From contig OZ286464.1 of assembly GCA_965644265.1 (NCBI GenBank), positions 92,070,001 through 92,134,000 on the forward strand: a DNA stretch of 64,000 nucleotides. Direction: 5' to 3'. Position numbers and translations under genes: made by a program. Under the pieces are notes generated by a model. The model had not been told where the DNA came from, made no database searches, and worked only from the letters and a program-made list of their open reading frames with translations. Positions 61,310-64,000 of the stretch are shown in pieces. Positions within the stretch are counted from its first letter, which is position 1. Each line of letters starts with the position of its first letter. Source of the stretch: Glycera tridactyla (taxonomy: Eukaryota).

Positions 61310-63997
61310 TGATGATGATGATGATGATGATAATACCCGCTTTTCCAAAGTGGGGTAAAATAACAATGATGATATTTATAATGATGGCAATAATAATATC
61401 GGTAATGATAATTTGAACAACCGCATCCACTTTTTAAGCCAGTCCAACTATTCTCTGATGAAAATAAGATTTACCGTAATATTGTTGACTGTGAAAGTCC
61501 CATATGGATCCTCAAGAACATAACGAACAACTCCAAAGTCTCCAAGGTCACGGTCAGTTGCTGATACTTTGGTGATGGAAGTTCCTGCTGGAGAGTTCTC
61601 CCGCACCGTTGTATTGTAAAATGGCTGCAAATATATCACAGGAATTATGTTCTACTTTTGAACTTACATCCCCTCCAGTACTGATAGCATGCATTTCCCA
61701 TCATGAAATGTAGTAAAAGGTCATACAGCCAATGATTGATTAAATGTCAACTTATTTGAGTGTACATGCCAGCTTTGGACAAATTTGCTTCGGTTCAGCC
61801 CCAATGTATTCATTACTGCAATACATGCACTTGTACCATTGTATGTTGACATTCCTTGCATCTCATTTTACCAGTCCCGTCAGGAATACAGCACCCAATC
61901 TCACATTCATGACTGATTAAGTATTGGTATTCTTCGTTATCATTACAGCACATGATGGGAATTGAAAGCCATATAGGCATTAACACCCATCAAGTGTGGT
62001 GCCTATTGCTTGGGGTGAATACACCAAAATGATTGCCAAAAATTACCTAACTTTCGCAGAGATTTCTATCGTTATAATAGGTATAAAATTTGTATCATGG
62101 TCCTTGGAGTAAACTCAATACTTCCATATTTCAATGGTCCAGACATCTGGCTTGTGTACACTGAGATATGATATATTTTGCTCATGACTCAAATGTGTGA
62201 ACTCAATAAGAAAAAAGCTCCTAGAGTGTTGATTCTCACCTCAATAAATGTTGGGTTGTTGTCGTTGATGTTGATTATCTCGATGCGTACAGTGGCTGTT
62301 GACGTCAACTGTGGGTTCCCTCTATCGGCAGCGATGACTACGATCTCCACGTACTGCATCGTCTCGTAGTCCATCGGTCGAGCCACATACAGCACACCTG
62401 CAGTCAGAACAATCAGGGGCAGTCTAACATCACAAATAGGAACTGTCAGAACAGAATTACTTGGAAAAATAATGCATAATGATATGGCAAGGGACATTAT
62501 CATTTACTTGAAGGGATGAAGATATAGTTGGACCTGGCTATATACTGGCTATGTACACTCTTGTCACCAATCATTTCATACATTGCACAAAATACTGACA
62601 GCCACACTTCCTTTGGTAGAAGAGTAAATTGGGAAAAATCAACCCCTCAAACAAAAGATTCACTCTCGCAAAGTACAAAAAGGTGAACAAATTTGGGCAA
62701 AATATGATAAAGGTGACACCAGTTGTATGGGGGAGCTACAGATACACTAGACAGCCATCACTACCACTGAGACAGTCAAATTGACCAGAGATGCATGGCG
62801 AAGCAAAAGGGTATCCTGCCTTCATAGTTGATTAGTTGATTTCTTTTCCAATGATACATTTTCTCGTATGAAATAGGAGTCAAAATATGTGCATCAACTG
62901 AGATATTTACACTCAACAATCAGGAGGGAGATGTTAGTTTTTTCCACTCTCCTGAAATTAGTATCGCTCTCCCCTGAAATTGAGAGTGGCCAAATTTGGA
63001 GAATACTCTAATAGATTGCTCCAACATGAGCCTACATGTTCAATAACTCAGAATGGTGACTGGTATATGATTAAAGTCTGCTTGGGTAAATGCCAGATTC
63101 TTATAAGTGAAGACAAATATTGGGATGACTGGATGGTCCAATTGAATATGATGATCCCAACGGTTTGCTCTTCGCTGATGTTTTCACTTGTTTCAGCCAA
63201 TGGCAGATAAAGTTGATCAGCTTAAGCTTTAGGGCAACCAGCTTATTGCATACATCCTCAAATGTTTAGGGCGTGAAACAATCCTGCTGACCTGAGTTGT
63301 CGCTGATATTGAAGTAGACTCCCGGATTGGAGATGATGCGGTAGAAGTCGATGCCCTCGTTATCCGGATCATTAGCAGCGACCGTGGCAACATACGTGCC
63401 AGTCGGGGTTTCCTCCTCCACCTGCAGATCTATGTAAGGGTTCTCCAACGTCCATGGAGGATCAAATTCTGGATATTGGTCATTCACATGTAGAATGTTG
63501 ATGATGAGAGATGCTGAAACACAGATGTAAGTGTGATCTGTAGCTAAACTTAGTATAATATTGACAGTTCCGCATTTTTCAACAAGAGAGCGAATCCCCA
63601 TATCAGGATAGACAATAGACATTTGTTTATTTTGACACAATAGGTGACTTAACAGCATATAACACATTAATAAATACACACATAAGACAACTATCCAGCC
63701 TTACAGGCTGATATCCAGCAGTAGAATTATCATGAAAATGATTGACACTTCTGATACAGATATCATCTGCTAGCAGGATGCATGTATTTTTCACTCACAC
63801 TTGTCTCATTCAACATACAATCCATCCAAGATTCATTTGAGTGCATAATAAACCATATTTGAACCCACATATGCATGAAGATGTATACTTACCATCTCCT
63901 GTTTGATCTGGGGCACCAGAGATATCACGAGCTTGCACGGTCATGAATATACGCGACGCAAGATCGCGTTGTAAAGGTGCATTCACACGCACAGCCC
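35711..63997 (-). CDS. Non-classical cadherin (Cad87A/Cad99C-PCDH15/CDH23-type architecture), 5'-truncated by the window; 24 coding exons, ~1177 aa here
   Basis: Exons 5'->3': 63893-63997, 63292-63513, 62240-62397, 61475-61624, 60977-61099, 59820-60000, 58974-59191, 58472-58660, 57824-57934, 57188-57314, 49666-49917, 48798-49081, 48097-48185, 47085-47174, 46032-46170, 45309-45433, 43726-43751, 43123-43156, 41640-41654, 38675-38699, 38139-38360, 37136-37345, 36632-36765, 35711-36017. All GT-AG and phase-consistent. Repeated xEN, AxDxD, LDRE/DYE and DxNDNxP motifs; single TM; no laminin-G/EGF or recognisable beta-catenin-binding domain. Confidence 0.9.
36632..36765 (-). CDS. Cadherin cytoplasmic exon
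   Basis: EPYHSAAIG...SPTYYNTVGGE; TTGCAG / GTAAGT, phase 0-2. Confidence 0.7.
37136..37345 (-). CDS. Cadherin cytoplasmic exon
   Basis: MYIDSGGETVSTL...NLSLA; TTGCAG / GTAAGT. Confidence 0.75.
38139..38360 (-). CDS. Cadherin cytoplasmic exon
   Basis: ELNMALDQVDEI...QMRQE; ATCCAG / GTAAGC. Confidence 0.75.
38410..38514. repeat. (CA)n-type microsatellite abutting an assembly gap
   Basis: CACA/CACG/CATG tract running into Ns at 38515. Confidence 0.85.
38675..38699 (-). CDS. Cadherin micro-exon (25 nt)
   Basis: TTTTTGTTTCCAG / GTATGT; REKLYEDQ; phase 2-0. Confidence 0.7.
41640..41654 (-). CDS. Cadherin micro-exon (15 nt)
   Basis: TTCTTTCTCTCAAG / GTAAGT; MSSI; phase 2-2 (symmetric). Confidence 0.6.
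41745..42252. mobile_element. Tc1/mariner-like MITE
   Basis: GGTTTACCTTTTTTTGTGGCACCTGTTTTTCGC (~41762-41794) is inverted relative to GCGAAAAACCGGTGCCACAAAAAAGGCGAACC (~42212-42243). Confidence 0.7.
43123..43156 (-). CDS. Cadherin micro-exon (34 nt)
   Basis: CTTCTTGCAG / GTAAGT; YIQPFMVPMG; phase 1-2. Confidence 0.7.
43726..43751 (-). CDS. Cadherin micro-exon (26 nt)
   Basis: TTTCAG / GTGAGT; CPTDEKKK; phase 2-1. Confidence 0.65.
43840..44473. mobile_element. TA-flanked pogo-type non-autonomous element with an internal 63-bp direct repeat
   Basis: TACAGTCAAACCTCC...GGAGGTTCGACTGTA; repeated GACCACCT motifs; 44030-44092 repeats at 44146-44208. Confidence 0.85.
45309..45433 (-). CDS. Cadherin transmembrane exon
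   Basis: YPVLVAIIIIILLLLAALFLLCCLMCLLAA; TTGCAG / GTGAGT. Confidence 0.9.
46032..46170 (-). CDS. Cadherin membrane-adjacent domain exon
   Basis: TDILIHVVRVDTG...; TTGCAG / GTAAAT. Confidence 0.8.
46517..46695. mobile_element. TA-flanked pogo/Tc1-type MITE; related copy adjacent at ~46332-46505
   Basis: TACAGTAAAACCTG...CAGGTTTTACTGTA. Confidence 0.82.
47085..47174 (-). CDS. Cadherin membrane-adjacent domain exon
   Basis: WVQQVIPGSAVCFNDIRYH; TGACAG / GTGGGT, phase 2-2. Confidence 0.75.
47225..48030 (-). mobile_element. Penelope-like retroelement 3' fragment: decayed GIY-YIG endonuclease with inverted terminal repeat
   Basis: VLPYV...KPHRTIRSILVHPKDK...VVYKVDCKNCKKCYVGETG (47597-47857), then HKSAITDH...NHVIDW; 47263-47290 and 47972-47999 are inverted copies with 2 mismatches. 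Confidence 0.82.
48097..48185 (-). CDS. Cadherin membrane-adjacent domain exon
   Basis: IWVTEPAQEMTLTITKPPEEVR; TTGCAG / GTAAGT. Confidence 0.8.
48798..49081 (-). CDS. Cadherin last EC exon
   Basis: QALDED...AADMGG. Confidence 0.9.
49279..49425. mobile_element. TA-flanked pogo/Tc1-type MITE
   Basis: TACAGTCAAATCTGTTCT...AGAACAGGTTTGACTGTA. Confidence 0.82.
49666..49917 (-). CDS. Cadherin EC exon
   Basis: FRIENTTGRI...LDHESR...IDMNDSPPTF. Confidence 0.93.
50059..56219 (-). mobile_element. Ty3/Gypsy LTR retrotransposon, recent insertion in a cadherin intron, same strand as host
   Basis: 152-bp direct repeats 50059-50210 and 56068-56219 (1 mismatch); PBS-like TGGCGTGGTGGCAGCG at 56053-56038; PPT GAGGGGAGAGTGGAGGA (50536-50520) followed by TG at 50519; domain order PR-RT-RH-IN. 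Confidence 0.92.
51003..55886 (-). CDS. gag-pol: Single-ORF Gag-Pol polyprotein (1627 aa from ATG at 55886)
   Basis: Gag with C-x2-C-x10-H-x4-C (55050-55109); protease LDTGA (DTG 54828-54836); RT LADD (53493-53504); RNase H VTDGS; integrase HHCC plus FAADV / RTDS / PVAERAIE; no stops or frameshifts. Confidence 0.95.
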   Translation of the reverse strand: MAGQKAPKQWPLTRNETITSFENWRTNLTYILSLDANFKPFMRDSCTWLKKTSAQPHYGLTDDDDTVSASDKRTAEQKSATLSLMLGQIANYCPVISRKSITNSSTSLSDIWQKIRQHYGFQSSGAHFLDLANIRLQSDERPEDLFQRLTAFVEDSLLTTTGNIKHHGVNVDADEDMTPTLENTVVVIWLQLVHPGLPQLVKQKYGAELRNQSLESIKPEISLALDSLLDELRNLEDSKAFRTGASNGRFQPKRRSFKSCVLCKTANRPGSGTHYLSECKFLPEYDKRRLARTRLVRDDEDDDADHHEESLADDDLPNALVDDPSVRRVSIVQSPVLHTYYGHHHVKLTLDTGATTNMVHANFARRVGLPIVPASQMARQADGVTPLKVIGEVHCEVTRDGDIFDLDALVVDELDVEILAGNPFLSRNDIATRPAKRQVVIGGSKIVYYGQQPQSRPTVRRTQSFLVRCPPNQTALLPGEYIELAAPDECDSDTIWALEPRFDSTCNRTSNSAWPPPQEIPSVGRMIRVVNETDNTVLLRKHEHIGHIRPITILNPSETCARGINSTIPSTPTSGEPHSRHVIIDPDNQLSHAETAKFRDLHLKYDGTFDPQVGRYNGASGKIEAVVNMGPVLPPQRKARLPHYNREMLQTLQDKFDKLESAGVFAKPEDVGINVEYLNLSFLVRKPSGDFRLVTSFGEVAQYSKPQPSLMPNVDGVLRDIARWRYIIISDLSQAFYQIPLSKKSMKFCGIATPYKGIRVYTRSAMGMPGSETCLEELMCRMLGELVQDGHVAKLADDLYCGGNTIEELLATWTKVLGVLNTNNIRLSAHKTIICPQSATILGWIWSAGTLKASPHKVSALASVSPPKTVQGLRSFVGAYKVLSRVLEGYANILHPLEAATAGKESKVSIEWSEELLDDFKRAQRALVQCRSITLPRPQDIIWIVTDGSVKERGIGATMYVLRGDKLQLAGFYNAKLRKHQVTWLPCEIEALSIGAAVRHFAAYIVQSAHRVQVLTDSRACVLAYDKLNRGEFSNSSRVTSFLSTVSRYSVQIGHIAGVANLPSDFASRNPASCEDQSCQVCQFVSEMEDCTVRSITVKDVLEGRFKMPFTNRVAWLTTQRECPDLKRSHAHLSQGTRPSKKITNIPDVKRYVRQLRIANDGLLIVRDDIPFRPSQERIAVPRNVLDGILTALHIKFQHPTRYQLKQLFNRHFFALDSERAVDTVTAACHHCPSMMTIPPYLKAQSTGPPPAMIGCRFAADVMRRNGQHVLVLRECVTSYTKTCLVDSERHEDLRDGLLQLCADMVCLGDCGAIVRTDSAVGFVALVDDQILTSNGISLDIGDPKNKNKNPVAERAIEELGIECLNHYPEGGPLTRTMLALITSSLNARIRREGLSARELWTQRDQLTGKQVPIDDCEVILDQNRTRHMNHGPSSLSKSRGHGLAPQHDHKVGDLVYVAGEKDKTKARDKYIITSLGEDRCQIRKFTRDQLRSKTYTVRQVDCFPIKETVPVPKGPIRCLENDLSVPESYMDTLLRDDEDSADGQNSLIHSEMSGVRPTMPPAPLRPPAPDAIASPPIPDMDRDGPEALAESGTPTKPPIYDSAPTRASAHQKREPKWMNSGCWVLE
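57188..57314 (-). CDS. Cadherin EC exon
   Basis: ISENLPP...EATDKDIG. Confidence 0.92.
57824..57934 (-). CDS. Cadherin EC exon
   Basis: VARDSGIP...EDIGDNDPEF. Confidence 0.92.
58043..58102. repeat. (GATT)n microsatellite
   Basis: Tandem TGAT/GATT units. Confidence 0.85.
58472..58660 (-). CDS. Cadherin EC exon
   Basis: NQPPG...AVDED...FDRESR. Confidence 0.92.
58974..59191 (-). CDS. Cadherin EC exon
   Basis: FRLDPNTGVI...VRDNGIPPLS...ANNGPP. Confidence 0.92.
59820..60000 (-). CDS. Cadherin EC exon
   Basis: MDENDNNPRF...VDESAPPGT...SAYDPD. Confidence 0.93.
60977..61099 (-). CDS. Cadherin EC exon
   Basis: RLDREQ...TAYDSP. Confidence 0.92.
61130..61330. repeat. (AAT)n/(GAT)n microsatellite
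   Basis: Long pure AAT tract ending in GAT repeats. Confidence 0.9.
61475..61624 (-). CDS. Cadherin EC exon
   Basis: TVRENSPAGT...SATDRDLG. Confidence 0.93.
62240..62397 (-). CDS. Cadherin EC exon
   Basis: PMDYE...AADRGNP...ININDNNPTF. Confidence 0.93.
63292..63513 (-). CDS. Cadherin EC exon
   Basis: LHVNDQYPEF...VEEETPTGT...AANDPD. Confidence 0.92.
63893..63997 (-). CDS. Cadherin exon (first in window)
   Basis: AVRVNAPLQRDLASRIFMTVQARD...; CAG acceptor at the window end, GTAAGT donor. Confidence 0.85.
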
Positions 63998-64000
63998 CTG

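Noticed and set aside
61143-61430. Poly-Ile/poly-Leu ORFs
   Set aside because: Translations of the (AAT)n microsatellite.

Overview
AT-rich, intron-rich animal genomic DNA, most like a marine invertebrate draft assembly, with six N-gaps. It holds two convergent host genes. (1) A complete plus-strand 11-exon gene (13670-26791, 691 aa by my splice model) encoding a doubly membrane-anchored FG-GAP beta-propeller protein that is co-linear with the plant At3g51050/NERD1 family. (2) The 3' 24 coding exons of a minus-strand non-classical cadherin (63997 down to 35711) with at least 7 EC repeats, a membrane-adjacent domain, a TM helix, four frame-consistent micro-exons of 15-34 nt and a Tyr/Pro-rich tail. 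One cadherin intron holds a young Ty3/Gypsy element with an intact ~1630-aa gag-pol ORF, asymmetric LTRs and no TSD, nested inside a MITE. Another holds a Penelope-like fragment with inverted termini. The rest is MITEs, foldback and hairpin elements, SINE-like repeats, tandem arrays, microsatellites and a decayed SGNH-esterase ORF at the left edge. No rRNA, tRNA or CRISPR seen. Exon models were derived by hand from GT/AG sites, phase continuity and motif recognition; family assignments come from recalled sequence knowledge and still need database searches.
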